This document shows, one piece after another, positions 18,478 through 28,761 of a DNA stretch of 64,000 nucleotides; positions within the stretch are counted from its first letter, which is position 1; every line of letters begins with the position of its first letter. The notes under the pieces were generated by a model. That model saw nothing but the letters and a program-made list of their open reading frames with translations. It was not told the DNA's origin and did not search any database. The DNA lies in contig OY970067.1 in assembly GCA_963705305.1 (NCBI GenBank), positions 4,416,001 through 4,480,000 of the forward strand. Direction: 5' to 3'. The stretch comes from an uncultured Methylomirabilota bacterium (lineage in GTDB: Bacteria > Methylomirabilota > Methylomirabilia > Methylomirabilales > 2-02-FULL-66-22). A program made the position numbers and the translations under genes.

Positions 18478-19581
18478 ATGATCATCGATTGCCATGCGCA
18501 CGCCTTCCAGACCTGGCACAGTCTCTGCGGCCATGCCTCGCAGGAGGTGCACTGGAAGTACATCCAAAAGAATGTTACCCGGCCGTCGGCCGAAGTGCGG
18601 CGCGCCCGTGATGGCGCCCCGGCAAACACCCAGGGTCTGTTCCGGCCGGGCGACAACAGCTGGGCGGGACTCCGGGATGACGTTCGATTCCGTGTGGGAT
18701 GCTATGGGCGGCTGGAGTACACGCTGGACGGCGAGGATTACTGGATCCAGTACATGCCGGTCGGCATGGCGAACATCGAAGCGCCCCCGGAGTTGATGCT
18801 GGCCCAGATGTCCTACGTTGGCGTGGACCACTGCGTCTTGCAGGCCGGGATGAGCTATGGCGTGATGAACGCCTACAATGCCTTCTGCCAGACTCAGTAT
18901 CCTGACAAGTTCACAGGGCTGTTCCACGTGGACGAGCCGATAGCCGACACGCCGCGCTGGATGGAGGAAATAGAGCGGGCCAGGCACCGGCTGGGCCTCC
19001 GTGGGATCTACTACCAGCTCGACGGGTTCAGCCGGTACGGGTTCCAATGGGCCTTCGACGATCCCCGCTTCGACCGTTTCTGGGAGGCCATCGCCGCGAT
19101 GCGGATCCCCGTCTTCTTTGAGGCCTCCAATGTGCCAGACTACGACGAGAAGAGCTACATCGCCAACATGCAACGTTTGGACCGGCTGCTCACGCGCTTC
19201 CCTGCCACGCGCTGGCTCTTGGTGATGGGACCGCCCGTCCAGTTTTTCGCCAAGCAGGGCCGGTGGCAGTTCCCTGCGGAAGTCGCCAACGCCTACGGCC
19301 GGGAGAACCTCCAGATCGAGATCATGTTCCCCATCACCTGGGGTGGGCGCTGGGACTACCCGTACCCCGAGGCGCAGGCGCTCATCAAGGACCTGCGCGA
19401 TCGGTATGGCGCGCACAAGCTGCTGTGGGGGTCGGACATGCCCAACGTCGAACGGTTCTGCACGTACCGGCAGTGCCTGGACTATGTCCGGCGGTACTGC
19501 GACTTCCTCACCCCCAAGGAAAAGGAGATGGTTCTGGGCGGAAATGCGGCCGAACTCTGCGGAATCGGAGGACGGGCCTGA
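18478..19581 (+). CDS. Amidohydrolase family protein (Amidohydro_2-like)
   Basis: IIDCHAH at the N-terminus; LLWGSDMP; LGGNA at the C-terminus. Confidence 0.88.
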   Translation: MIIDCHAHAFQTWHSLCGHASQEVHWKYIQKNVTRPSAEVRRARDGAPANTQGLFRPGDNSWAGLRDDVRFRVGCYGRLEYTLDGEDYWIQYMPVGMANIEAPPELMLAQMSYVGVDHCVLQAGMSYGVMNAYNAFCQTQYPDKFTGLFHVDEPIADTPRWMEEIERARHRLGLRGIYYQLDGFSRYGFQWAFDDPRFDRFWEAIAAMRIPVFFEASNVPDYDEKSYIANMQRLDRLLTRFPATRWLLVMGPPVQFFAKQGRWQFPAEVANAYGRENLQIEIMFPITWGGRWDYPYPEAQALIKDLRDRYGAHKLLWGSDMPNVERFCTYRQCLDYVRRYCDFLTPKEKEMVLGGNAAELCGIGGRA

Positions 19582-19719
19582 TTGCGGAGGAAGGATCGGC
19601 GGGTCCATGATCCATCGCTGCAGGGTCATGATCGAGCTGTCCCGTTGCCCAGTCGCACGCAACCTCATTGAGTGCAGTCGAGCCATCGACTGCGAATCTT
19701 CCACGAAAGGGGATCGCGT

Positions 19720-20844
19720 ATGAGCACCCGCCCGCCCGCCGAGATCGGCGTGCCGCTGGAGGCCGTGGACACGCCGGCGCTGCTCGTGGATCTTGACGCC
19801 TTCGAGCGGAATGTCGACCGGATGGCCCGCGCCGTGGCCGGCTCGCCGGCCCGGCTCCGCCCCCATGCCAAGAGCCACAAGTGCCCCGTCATCGCCCTCC
19901 GCCAGATGAAGAGCGGCGCTGTGGGGGTCTGCTGCCAGAAGGTGAGCGAGGCCGAGGCCATGGTCCACGGCGGCGTTTCCAACGTGCTGGTGAGCAACGA
20001 GGTCGTCGGTTCCTCTAAGATCGCCCGGCTGGCGGCGCTGGCCAAGGAGGCCTGGGTGGCCGTCTGCGCGGACGATGCCGGCAACGTCGACGCGCTGAAT
20101 GAGGCGGCGGTCGTCTTCGGCGTCCGCCTGCCGGTCCTGGTCGAGATCAACGTGGGCGCCGACCGCTGCGGGGTGGAGCCCGGAGAGCCGGCGCTGGCCC
20201 TAGCCCGGCAGATCGCCGCGTCGCGCGGGCTCGAATTCGCCGGACTGCAGGCGTACCATGGTGCGGCCCAGCATGTGCGGGAATTCGCACGGCGCAAGGA
20301 GGCCATCGACGCCGCCGTCGAGAAGACGCGCCGCACGGTGGAGCTGCTCCAGCGTCATGGCCTGACCTGCCGGCTGGTGTCGGGCGCGGGGACCGGGTCC
20401 TATGCATTCGAGGCAGCCAGCGGCGTGTTCAATGAGCTCCAGGCCGGCTCGTACATCTTCATGGACGCCGACTACGCCAGGAACCTCACGGCGGCCGGAA
20501 CCCCCGGAGGGGAGTTCGAGCACAGCCTGTTTGTGTATGCCACGGTGATGAGCCGACCGACGCCGGAGCGGGCGGTCCTCGACGCGGGCCTCAAGGCCCT
20601 GAGCGTGGACTCGGGTCTCCCCTGGGTGGCCGATCTGCCTGACGTGGAATATGTCCGGGCGGCCGACGAGCACGGCAAGCTGGCGCTGAAGGATCCCGCC
20701 CGGACCCTGCGGGTGGGCGACAAGCTTCGTCTGATCCCCGGCCACTGCGACCCGACGGTGAATCTGTACGACTGGTATGTCGGCATCCGCAACGGCCGGG
20801 TGGAGGCGCTGTGGCCCATCACGGCCCGCGGCGCCGTCCTCTAG
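19720..20844 (+). CDS. DSD1-family PLP enzyme (3-hydroxy-D-aspartate / D-threonine aldolase-like)
   Basis: TPALLVDLD, RPHAKSHK, QAGSYIFMD, DEHG, PGHCDPTVN motifs. Confidence 0.9.
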   Translation: MSTRPPAEIGVPLEAVDTPALLVDLDAFERNVDRMARAVAGSPARLRPHAKSHKCPVIALRQMKSGAVGVCCQKVSEAEAMVHGGVSNVLVSNEVVGSSKIARLAALAKEAWVAVCADDAGNVDALNEAAVVFGVRLPVLVEINVGADRCGVEPGEPALALARQIAASRGLEFAGLQAYHGAAQHVREFARRKEAIDAAVEKTRRTVELLQRHGLTCRLVSGAGTGSYAFEAASGVFNELQAGSYIFMDADYARNLTAAGTPGGEFEHSLFVYATVMSRPTPERAVLDAGLKALSVDSGLPWVADLPDVEYVRAADEHGKLALKDPARTLRVGDKLRLIPGHCDPTVNLYDWYVGIRNGRVEALWPITARGAVL

Positions 20845-20995
20845 CAGGCTGCTGAAAAAGGCCCATCTGCTGCGTTGGCCCGCTCCCGCGACGCTGCGGC
20901 GTACCGGAAGTACGCCTCGCGCCGCGGATCGCGTGCCGCCTTGCATCTGGGCCTTTTTGAGCAGCCTGACAGAAAATGACTTTTTCAGCACCCTG
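20845..20995. mobile_element. MITE family A, full copy, starting directly after a TAG stop
   Basis: ctag|CAGGCTGCTGAAAAAG...TTTTTCAGCACCCTG|cgag; internal sequence similar to 1652-1803. Confidence 0.85.
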
Positions 20996-20999
20996 CGAG

Positions 21000-21207
21000 T
21001 GTAGTGCGTCGGAAACCTCTTGACGTTTCGTCACCCCGGCCCCGGCGTTCGACAGGGTCCGGGACCGGGGATCTAGTGGATTCCGGCTTCCGCCGGAATG
21101 ACGGCCGGGGGCCAGTCCGTGAAATGGATCCCGGTGTGATACCCTGGATGCCGGCTTTCGCCGGCATGACGGCCCCGTGAGAGTAAAGAAGCGTTTGGCG
21201 CCTTACA
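21000..21207. mobile_element. MITE family B carrying REP-like hairpins
   Basis: Ends TGTAGTGCGTC...GGCGCCTTACA; internal hairpins such as ggatgccggctttcgccggcatgac. Homologous to 31100-31248. Confidence 0.75.
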
Positions 21208-21209
21208 CT

Positions 21210-22680
21210 CATCGCCGCTAAGTTAATTATGTTTCATCTACAACTACGCGGATTTGCTATACTGAGAGCCCATAGACCTTCACATGGAAGGAGGGACTAT
21301 GGGCAGACCGCGCTCGGCCCCGGTGTCGGTCGATATCGTCCGTGTCCTGGAGCTCCTGCGCACCCACATCACCGCCGCTCTCTGCCAGACCGTCTTCGCC
21401 ACCGTCCGCATCCGGGAACGCCAGCGCCGCTGGACGCTGCAAGCGCTCGTGGAGTTCTGGCTCGCCGTGATCCTGCGGGCGCCCCGGGCGTTGAGCCAGG
21501 CCCTGTACGAGACCCTGGAGGGCTCCGAACCGCTCTTCCCGCTGGTCGCAGCCACGCCCGAGGCGTTCTTCCAGCGGTGTCAGACGCTCCGGGTGGCCTT
21601 CTTCGCCGAGGTCTTCACGCGGTTCACGGCCCAACTCCTCGCCGCCGTCCCGCCCCGCTTCTCGGCAGAGGACGCCCCGCTCGCGGCGCGGTTCGCCGCG
21701 GTGTGCGTGGTGGATGGCTCGCGGCTCGCCGCGATTGCCCACCGGTTGAAACTCCTCTGGGCCGAGCGGGCGGTGGTCCTGCCCGGCTGTCTCCTCGCCA
21801 TCTACGACGTGACCCACGGGCTCTGTCGCATGCTCGCCTTCGAGCCGGACGTCGCGGCCCCCGAGCATCCCCGGGGGCTGGCCGCCCTGGCGGCCCTCCC
21901 GCCGGATACGCTGGCCCTGGGCGACCGCCTGTACTGCACGGCCCAGTGGTTCGCCACCCTCACGGCGCAGGGCTGCTGGGGCCTCGCCCGCCGCAATCGG
22001 CGCCTCACGGTGCAGAAGCGCCAGTGCCTCGCGCGGCGGCCCCATGCGGGGGGCTGGCTGGAGGACTGGCTGGTCCGCGCCGGCAAGGCCCCGGGCGTCC
22101 CGGTCCAGCCCCTCCGGTACATTCGCTGGCACCGGGGGGCTACGGTGCGCGTCCTGTGCACCAACGTCCTGGACCCGACCCGGCTGGCCGCCGCCGAGGC
22201 GCTCGCCCTCTACCCCCGCCGGTGGAGCGTGGAACGCCTCTTCTTCGACCTCAAAGAAGTCCTGAACCTGAACCGGGTCTATGCCGCGAACCCGAACGCG
22301 ATCGCAATGCAGGTCTACGCGGCGGGCTGCGTGTACAACGCGCTCCGGGTGGCCCAGGGCGAGGTGGCTGTCGCCGCGGGGCTCGCCCCCGAGGCGATCT
22401 CCCCGGCGAAATTCTTCCCGAAGCTGGCGGCGGCGTGCCACTGCTACGCCCTCTGCGAACTGTGGTTTGCCGAAGCGAAGCGCGCGAACCGCGGGCGGCG
22501 CCTGTGCAAGCCGTCCCTGGAAACCCGCCGCTTTGCCCACGTCGCGCTAGACGCGATCCTCGTCGAGTCGCGGAAGGGTCCGCGGAAGAAACGCCGCTTC
22601 TGCAAGGCCCGCCGGAAGTGGAAGTCGCTGGCACATGTGCCCGGCGGTCGTAAACTGCTCAAATTAACTTAGCGGCGATG
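21210..22680 (+). mobile_element. IS4-family insertion sequence, 1471 bp
   Basis: Perfect 19-bp terminal IR CATCGCCGCTAAGTTAATT; 11-bp target duplication CGCCTTACACT at 21199-21209 and 22681-22691. Confidence 0.93.
21299..22672 (+). CDS. IS4-family DDE transposase
   Basis: VVDGS, LGDRLY and Y..RW.VE..F..LK (YREK) motifs; the stop codon lies in the right IR. Confidence 0.9.
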   Translation: MGRPRSAPVSVDIVRVLELLRTHITAALCQTVFATVRIRERQRRWTLQALVEFWLAVILRAPRALSQALYETLEGSEPLFPLVAATPEAFFQRCQTLRVAFFAEVFTRFTAQLLAAVPPRFSAEDAPLAARFAAVCVVDGSRLAAIAHRLKLLWAERAVVLPGCLLAIYDVTHGLCRMLAFEPDVAAPEHPRGLAALAALPPDTLALGDRLYCTAQWFATLTAQGCWGLARRNRRLTVQKRQCLARRPHAGGWLEDWLVRAGKAPGVPVQPLRYIRWHRGATVRVLCTNVLDPTRLAAAEALALYPRRWSVERLFFDLKEVLNLNRVYAANPNAIAMQVYAAGCVYNALRVAQGEVAVAAGLAPEAISPAKFFPKLAAACHCYALCELWFAEAKRANRGRRLCKPSLETRRFAHVALDAILVESRKGPRKKRRFCKARRKWKSLAHVPGGRKLLKLT

Positions 22681-22748
22681 CGCCTTACACTGGCAACCTG
22701 CTGAGGCTGACGTTCCGGCCCGCTTCCGGATACCAGGAGGAACATCCG

Positions 22749-23660
22749 ATGCGACTGTTGACCTTTACCCGACCCAGCGATCCCGTCCGCCGTCTGGGCC
22801 TGCTCGTGCAGGAGGACCAGGTGCTGGACCTACGGGCGTACGCGCAATCCGCCCGCCCGCTGCCGTTCGATCCGGGCGACATGATCTCGCTGATCGAGTC
22901 CGGCCCGGCGGGATTGGAGGCCCTGCGCCAGGCCGCCCAGGCTTCGGCCCCGCTCGTTCCGCTGGTGGGGCTTCGCATCCTGGCCCCCATCCCCCGCCCG
23001 CGCAAGAACGTGTTCTGCGTCGGCTGGAACTACCTGGAGCACTTTGCCGAGGGGGCCAAGTCCCGCCAGAGCAACCAGGAGTTCCCCGCCCATCCGGTCT
23101 TTTTCACCAAGGCGCCCACCAGCGTCACGGGTCCCTACGACCCCATCCCCTTCGATCCCGCGGTGTCGGAGAAGATCGATTGGGAAGTGGAGCTGGGGGT
23201 GGTGGTCGGCGCACCGGGGAAGAACCTCACCGAGGCGGCCGCCCCCCGGCATGTCTTCGGCTACACGGTCCTGAACGACGTGTCGGCCCGCGACCTCCAG
23301 CGCCGTCACGGCGGGCAGTGGTTCAAGGGGAAGAGCCTTGACGGGTTCTGCCCCATGGGTCCGTGGATCGTTACGGCGGACGAGGTGAACCCGGATGCTC
23401 TGCAGGTGATCACCCGGGTCAACGGCGTGGTGAAGCAGGACTCCAATACGAAGCTCTTCTACTTCAAGATTCCCTGCATGCTGGCCGAGCTGTCGCTGGG
23501 CATCACCCTCGAGCCGGGCGACATCCTCTCCACGGGGACACCGTCAGGGGCGGGGTTTGCCCGGAACCCGCCGGAGTACCTGAAGCCGGGGGACATCATG
23601 GAGACCGAGATCGTGGGGATCGGCACGCTGCGCAATCGGGTGGAGCAGGCGAGGAAATAA
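22749..23660 (+). CDS. Fumarylacetoacetate hydrolase family protein
   Basis: CVGWNY.EH, DWEVELGVV, NDVSARDLQ, GKSLD, TGTPSG motifs; RBS AGGAGG. Confidence 0.93.
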   Translation: MRLLTFTRPSDPVRRLGLLVQEDQVLDLRAYAQSARPLPFDPGDMISLIESGPAGLEALRQAAQASAPLVPLVGLRILAPIPRPRKNVFCVGWNYLEHFAEGAKSRQSNQEFPAHPVFFTKAPTSVTGPYDPIPFDPAVSEKIDWEVELGVVVGAPGKNLTEAAAPRHVFGYTVLNDVSARDLQRRHGGQWFKGKSLDGFCPMGPWIVTADEVNPDALQVITRVNGVVKQDSNTKLFYFKIPCMLAELSLGITLEPGDILSTGTPSGAGFARNPPEYLKPGDIMETEIVGIGTLRNRVEQARK

Positions 23661-23710
23661 GACAATTATTGAACCTTGCCTAAGTAATGGGCCATTTGGA
23701 ATCTCAATAA

Positions 23711-23913
23711 TGGAGCCGGGCCGAGGTGCCCTCTCGACGCCTGGCGCCTGCACCCACCCTGCGGGCGGGTACCCGATGCCGGCTCGCCCTTGCTCCGGGT
23801 CGTCGCGCGGGACGCGCTCCTCCACGCCGCCGGTTTGTCGCTGGCAAACCGCGGCGACCGGACCCGGGCTCGCCCGCGGGCGCGGCGCTCCCGGGCACCC
23901 CGGCCCGACTCCA
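23711..23913 (-). ncRNA. Candidate structured ncRNA (~200 nt, possibly 6S-like)
   Basis: 21-bp closing stem (23711-23731 with 23893-23913) whose two mismatches are G-U wobbles only on the minus strand; internal hairpins; intergenic between convergent genes. Confidence 0.35.
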
Positions 23914-24024
23914 ACCGGATCGTCGGATTCCCTTTACAAGGTTCAATGATCTCGCAACGGCCCCTTAGAAAGCGAAGAGAAGCAGTCAGGCTGCTTCCCT
24001 TCGTGTTTTGCGGGCTGGCGCGGG

Positions 24025-25218
24025 TCAGCCGCGGGCGGCCGGCGGGTGCTTCTGGTAGACCTCGTTGGCCGCCGCGATCCCCGATCCGCAGCGGAAGCCT
24101 TCGGCCGGCAGGATCCGCTCCAGGGCCGAGAGGAGGAGCAGGACGTTCCCGGCCCGGGAGTTCATGCCCATCAGGCCGATCCGCCAGATCTTGCCCTTGA
24201 GGGCGCCCAGGCCCCCGCCGATCTCAACCCCGAAGTCCTGGAGCAGCCGCCCGCGGACCTTGGCGTCGTCCACTCCCTCCGGGATGCGGACCGCATTCAG
24301 CGTCCAGAGCCGGCAGGCCGGCTCCACCAGCATGTGGAGCCCCATGGCCTCCAGGCCCGCCACCAGGGCCAGGTGGTTCACCCGGTGCCGCTCGAAGCGG
24401 GCCGCCAGCCCCTCCTCCTCCACCATGCGGAGGGCCTCCAGCAGGGCGTAGTAGAACGACAGGGGGGGCGTATGGTGGTAGAACTGGCCGGCTGTCCAGT
24501 ACTGCCCGAACAGGGCTGCGTCCAGATAGTAGCTCTGCACCTTGCGCGTCCGGCCGCGCGCCGCCTCCATTGCCCGCGGCGAGAAGGTCACCGGCGAGAG
24601 TCCCGGGGGGGCGCTGAGGGCCTTCTGCGTCCCCGAGTAGCAGGCGTCGATCCCGTGCCGGTCCACCTCGATGGGGTGGCCGGCCAGGCTGGTCACCGCG
24701 TCCACCAGCAGCAGGACCCCGTACCGTTCGGCGAGCGGGCGCAGGCCGTCCAGGGGCTGGAGCACCCCGGTCGAGGTCTCGGCGTGGACCACCGCCAGGA
24801 CCTTGGTGCCGGGCGTCTTCCGGAGCGCCTCCTCCAGCCGCTCGAACGGGATCGGCCGCCCCCAATCCGCCGGAACCGTGACGGCCGTCCCGCCGCACCG
24901 CTCCACGATCTGGAGCATGCGGTCGCTGAAGAAGCCGTTGTACCCGATCACCACCCGGTCTCCGGGCTCGACGAGATTGACCAGCGCCGCCTCCATGCCG
25001 GCGCTCCCCGTGCCGGAGATGGGAAAGGTGGCCTCGTGGTCCGCTCCGAAGGCCAGATTCAGCAGGCGGCGGATTTCGCCGGTCAGCTCGCGCAGGCACG
25101 GATCGAAGTAGCCGACCATCTGGGCCCCCATCGCCAGCAGGACCCGCTCCTCGACGTTGCTCGGCCCGGGCCCCAAAAGCAGCCGAGCCGGTGGATGAAA
25201 GGTCTTGGAGATCGTCAT
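24025..25218 (-). CDS. Alanine/serine-glyoxylate aminotransferase family (class V PLP)
   Basis: [53 protein letters not shown] motifs. Confidence 0.93.
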   Translation of the reverse strand: MTISKTFHPPARLLLGPGPSNVEERVLLAMGAQMVGYFDPCLRELTGEIRRLLNLAFGADHEATFPISGTGSAGMEAALVNLVEPGDRVVIGYNGFFSDRMLQIVERCGGTAVTVPADWGRPIPFERLEEALRKTPGTKVLAVVHAETSTGVLQPLDGLRPLAERYGVLLLVDAVTSLAGHPIEVDRHGIDACYSGTQKALSAPPGLSPVTFSPRAMEAARGRTRKVQSYYLDAALFGQYWTAGQFYHHTPPLSFYYALLEALRMVEEEGLAARFERHRVNHLALVAGLEAMGLHMLVEPACRLWTLNAVRIPEGVDDAKVRGRLLQDFGVEIGGGLGALKGKIWRIGLMGMNSRAGNVLLLLSALERILPAEGFRCGSGIAAANEVYQKHPPAARG

Positions 25219-25310
25219 GGGTATCTCCCCTTTCCAGAGCAGTACAGCGGTTTGAGTAAGAGAGCTTCGGCCATTGCCCCCGCGCGCCTCCGGCGGCCTC
25301 GCGGCCGCCG

Positions 25311-28300
25311 TTACGCGATGTTGAAGTACTTCGCCTCCGGGTGGTGCACGACGATGGCGGAGGTGGACTGCTCGGGATCCAGCTGGAACTCCTCCGAGAG
25401 CTCGACCCCGATGCGCTCCGGCTCCAGCAGGGCGCACAGCTTCTGCTGATCCTGCAAGTCGGGGCACGCCGGGTAGCCGAAGCTGTAGCGGGCCCCGCGG
25501 TAGCCCTGATGGAAGATGCGCAAGAGATCCGGCGAATCCTCGCCCGCGATTCCCAGCTCGCGCCGCATGCGGGCGTGCCAGTACTCGGCCAGGGCCTCGG
25601 CGCATTCCACCGACAGGCCGTGCAGGTAGAGGTAGTCGGTGTAGTTGTGCGCCTCGAACAGCTCCCGCGTCACCTCGGAGGCGCGCCGCCCCACCGTGAC
25701 CAGCAGGCATCCCAGCACATCCATCCGCCCCGAATCCACGCCTGCAAAGAAATCGGCGATGCACAGCCGCCGCCCGGCCGGCTGCCGGGGAAACGTGAAG
25801 CGCAGGCGGGGCGTGCGGCCGTCCTCATGGTAGACGATGAGGTCCTCTCCCTCCGACTGGCAGGGGAAGTACCCATAGACCACCCGCGGCGTCAGAATCT
25901 TCTCCTCCTCGACGCGCGCCTTCCACCGTTCGTAGATGGGGCGGACGTGGCCGCGGATCAGCTCGTCGAACCGGTCCCGGGGACCCTTGCCCCGGTGGAA
26001 CTGCCACTGCGTCCGGAACAGGGCCACCTCGTTGACGAAGGCGAAAATCTCCGGCAGGGGAATGTCGGTCACCACCCGGGTGCCGGAGAACGGCGGCGCG
26101 GGAATCGGCGCATCCATCCGGACATCGCTCCGCACTCGCGGGCCGGCCGGCGGCGTCCCGCCCGGAGCCGGCCGGGCCACCGGCGCCCGCCGGACGCCCA
26201 GCGCGCGGGGAACCGCCGCCTCCGCCGGGTCCCGGGACACGATCTCTTCCATCAGCCGCAGGCCGTCGAAGGCGTCGCCCGCGTACCGGACCTCGCCCTT
26301 GTAGACACCCTGCAGATCCTCTTCCACATACCGCTGCGTGAGGGCGGCCCCCCCGAGGATCACCGGGAACCGCCACAGGTCCCGCGCGTTCAGCTCCTCC
26401 AGATTCTCCCGCATCACCAGCGTGGATTTCACCAGGAGGCCGCTCATGCCGATGGCGTCCGCTTTGCGCGTGAGGGCCGCCTCGACGATGTTGTGGATGG
26501 GCTGCTTGATCCCCAGATTGACGACGGTGTAGCCGTTGTTGCTGAGAATGATATCCACCAGGTTCTTGCCGATGTCGTGGACATCCCCCTTCACCGTGGC
26601 CAGGACGATGGTCCCCTTACTCTGCCCTCCCGTCCTGGCCATGAACCGCTCCAGATACCCGACCGCCGCCTTCATCACCTCCGCCGACTGGAGCACAAAG
26701 GGGAGCTGCATCTGGCCGCTGCCGAACAGGTCCCCCACGGTCTTCATCCCGTCGAGCAGGATCTCGTTGATGATGGTCAAGGCATCGTGCGTCCGGAGGG
26801 CCTCGTCCAGAAGCGGTTCCAGCCCCGGCCGCTCGCCGTCCACGATGCGGGCCTTCAGCCGGTCCTCCAGGCTGGCGGACGCCCCCGGCGCCGCCGCCAC
26901 CCGGGCCGCGCCGTCCGCGGGGAACAATCCCATGAACTCCGTCAGGGGATCGGAGCCGTCCCGGCGATCATCGAAGATGAGCCGGCGCGCCACCTCGAGC
27001 TGCCGGGGATCGATGCGGTTGAGGGGCAGAATCCGCGAGACGTTCACGATAGCCGCGTCCAGGCCGGCCTGGATGGCCAGGTGCAGGAAGACACTGTTCA
27101 GGACCTGCCGGGCCGCCGGCTTGAGGCCGAAGGAGACGTTGCTCACCCCCAGGATGGTGAACACCCCCGGCAGCTCGGCCTTGATGCGCCGGATGGCCTC
27201 CAGGGTGGCCATGGCATCCTTGCGGAGATCCTCCTGGCCCGACCCCAGGGGGAACGTCAGGGCGTCGAAGATGAGAATCCGAGGGCTCCAACCCGTAGGT
27301 GCCGACGGCGAGATCATGCAGCCGGTGGGCTACCCGGAGCTTCCAGTCCACCGTGCGCGCCTGCCCCTCCTCGTCGATCAGGAGGCAGACCGCCGCCGCC
27401 CCGTACCGCCGGGCCATGGGAAAGAGGCGCGCCGGCCGGCCGCCTTCGCCGTCCTCAAGATTCACCGAGTTGATCACCGCCCGGCCGCCGATCCACTTCA
27501 GGGCCGCCTCGATCACCGGCGCCTCGGTGGAGTCGATGACCAAGGGCAGGGTGCACTGCGTCACGAAGCGGCGCACGACCTCCCGCACGTCGGCCGTCCC
27601 GTCCCGCCCCACGTAGTCCACGCACACATCCAAGACGTGCGCCCCCTCCCTGGCCTGCTCGCGCGCCATGGCCACCATCCCGTCGTGGTCCCCCGCCAGC
27701 AGGTGGTCGCGAAACTGCTTGGACCCGTTGGCGTTGGTTCGTTCTCCCACGATCAGGAAGCTCTGGTCCTGCCGGAATGGCGCGCTCACATACAGGCTGG
27801 AGGCCCCCGGGATGTACTCCGGTTTGCGGGGCGCCGGGGGACGGCTTCCGATCGCCTCCACCACCCGTTTGAGGTGGGCGGGCGTGGTCCCGCAGCAGCC
27901 CCCCACGATGTTCACCCCCATCTCCTCCACGAAGAGCCGGTGGTGGGCGGCCAGCTCGTCGGGCGTCAGGCGGTAGGTGGCGCGCCCGCCTTCCATGATG
28001 GGCAGCCCGGCGTTGGGGAGACAGGAGATGGCCTTCCGGCTGTACCGACCCAGGTAGCGGATGTGCTCCACCATCTCCTGGGGTCCCGTGGCGCAGTTCA
28101 GGCCGATCGCCTCCAGGGGATAGGCCTCCAGGGCGGTGAGCGCGGCCCCGATCTCGGTACCCAGGAGCATGGTCCCCGTGGCCTCCAGCGTCACCTGGAC
28201 CATCAGAGGCAGCCGGCTGCCGGCCGCCCGCATGGCGTCCATGCAGCCGGCCACGGCCGCTTTGGCCTGCAGCAGGTCCTGGCAGGTCTCGATCAGCAGG

Positions 28301-28761
28301 ACATCCGCCCCGCCGTCCAGCAGGCCGCGGGCCTGCTCTGCATACATGCCGACCAGCTCGTCGAAGGCAATCTGCCCCAGCGAGGGCAGCCGCGTTCCCG
28401 GTCCGATGGATCCCACCACGAAGCGCGGCCGTTCGGGCGTGGAGAAGTCGTCCGTCACCTCCCGGGCCAGGCGGGCTGCCGCCCGGTTGATCTCGTACGC
28501 CCGGTCGGCCAGGTCGTACTCCCCCAGGACCAGCCGGCTGGCCCCGAAGGTGTCCGTCTCCACCGCGTCGCAGCCAACGTCCAGGAACCCCGCATGGATC
28601 TCCCGGATGATGCGGGGGCGCGTGAGGACCAGGATCTCGTTGCACCCGTCCTTCCCCCCGAAGTCGTCGGGGCTGAGGCCCCGGTCCTGGATGGAGGTCC
28701 CCATCGCTCCGTCGAAGATCAGGACCCGCTCGCGCAGCGCGGCTCGAAAATCTCGCGTCAT
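25311..28761 (-). CDS. metH: Cobalamin-dependent methionine synthase, split by a 1-bp frameshift near 27275
   Basis: DGAMGT, GLNC, GGCCG and pterin domain GERTNANGS in one frame; [11 protein letters not shown] and [10 protein letters not shown] in the other. Removing one base in 'gat t ctc atc ttc gac' joins them. Start overlaps the panE stop (ATGA). Confidence 0.93.

Noticed and set aside
23705..23920. tRNA or tmRNA, suggested by CCA-like ends
   Set aside because: No T-loop/D-loop consensus or tag reading frame; the stem is too long for an acceptor stem.
19720..25218. Complete beta-hydroxyaspartate cycle (bhcABCD)
   Set aside because: Only a BhcC-like aldolase and a convergently transcribed class V aminotransferase are present; no dehydratase or iminosuccinate reductase.
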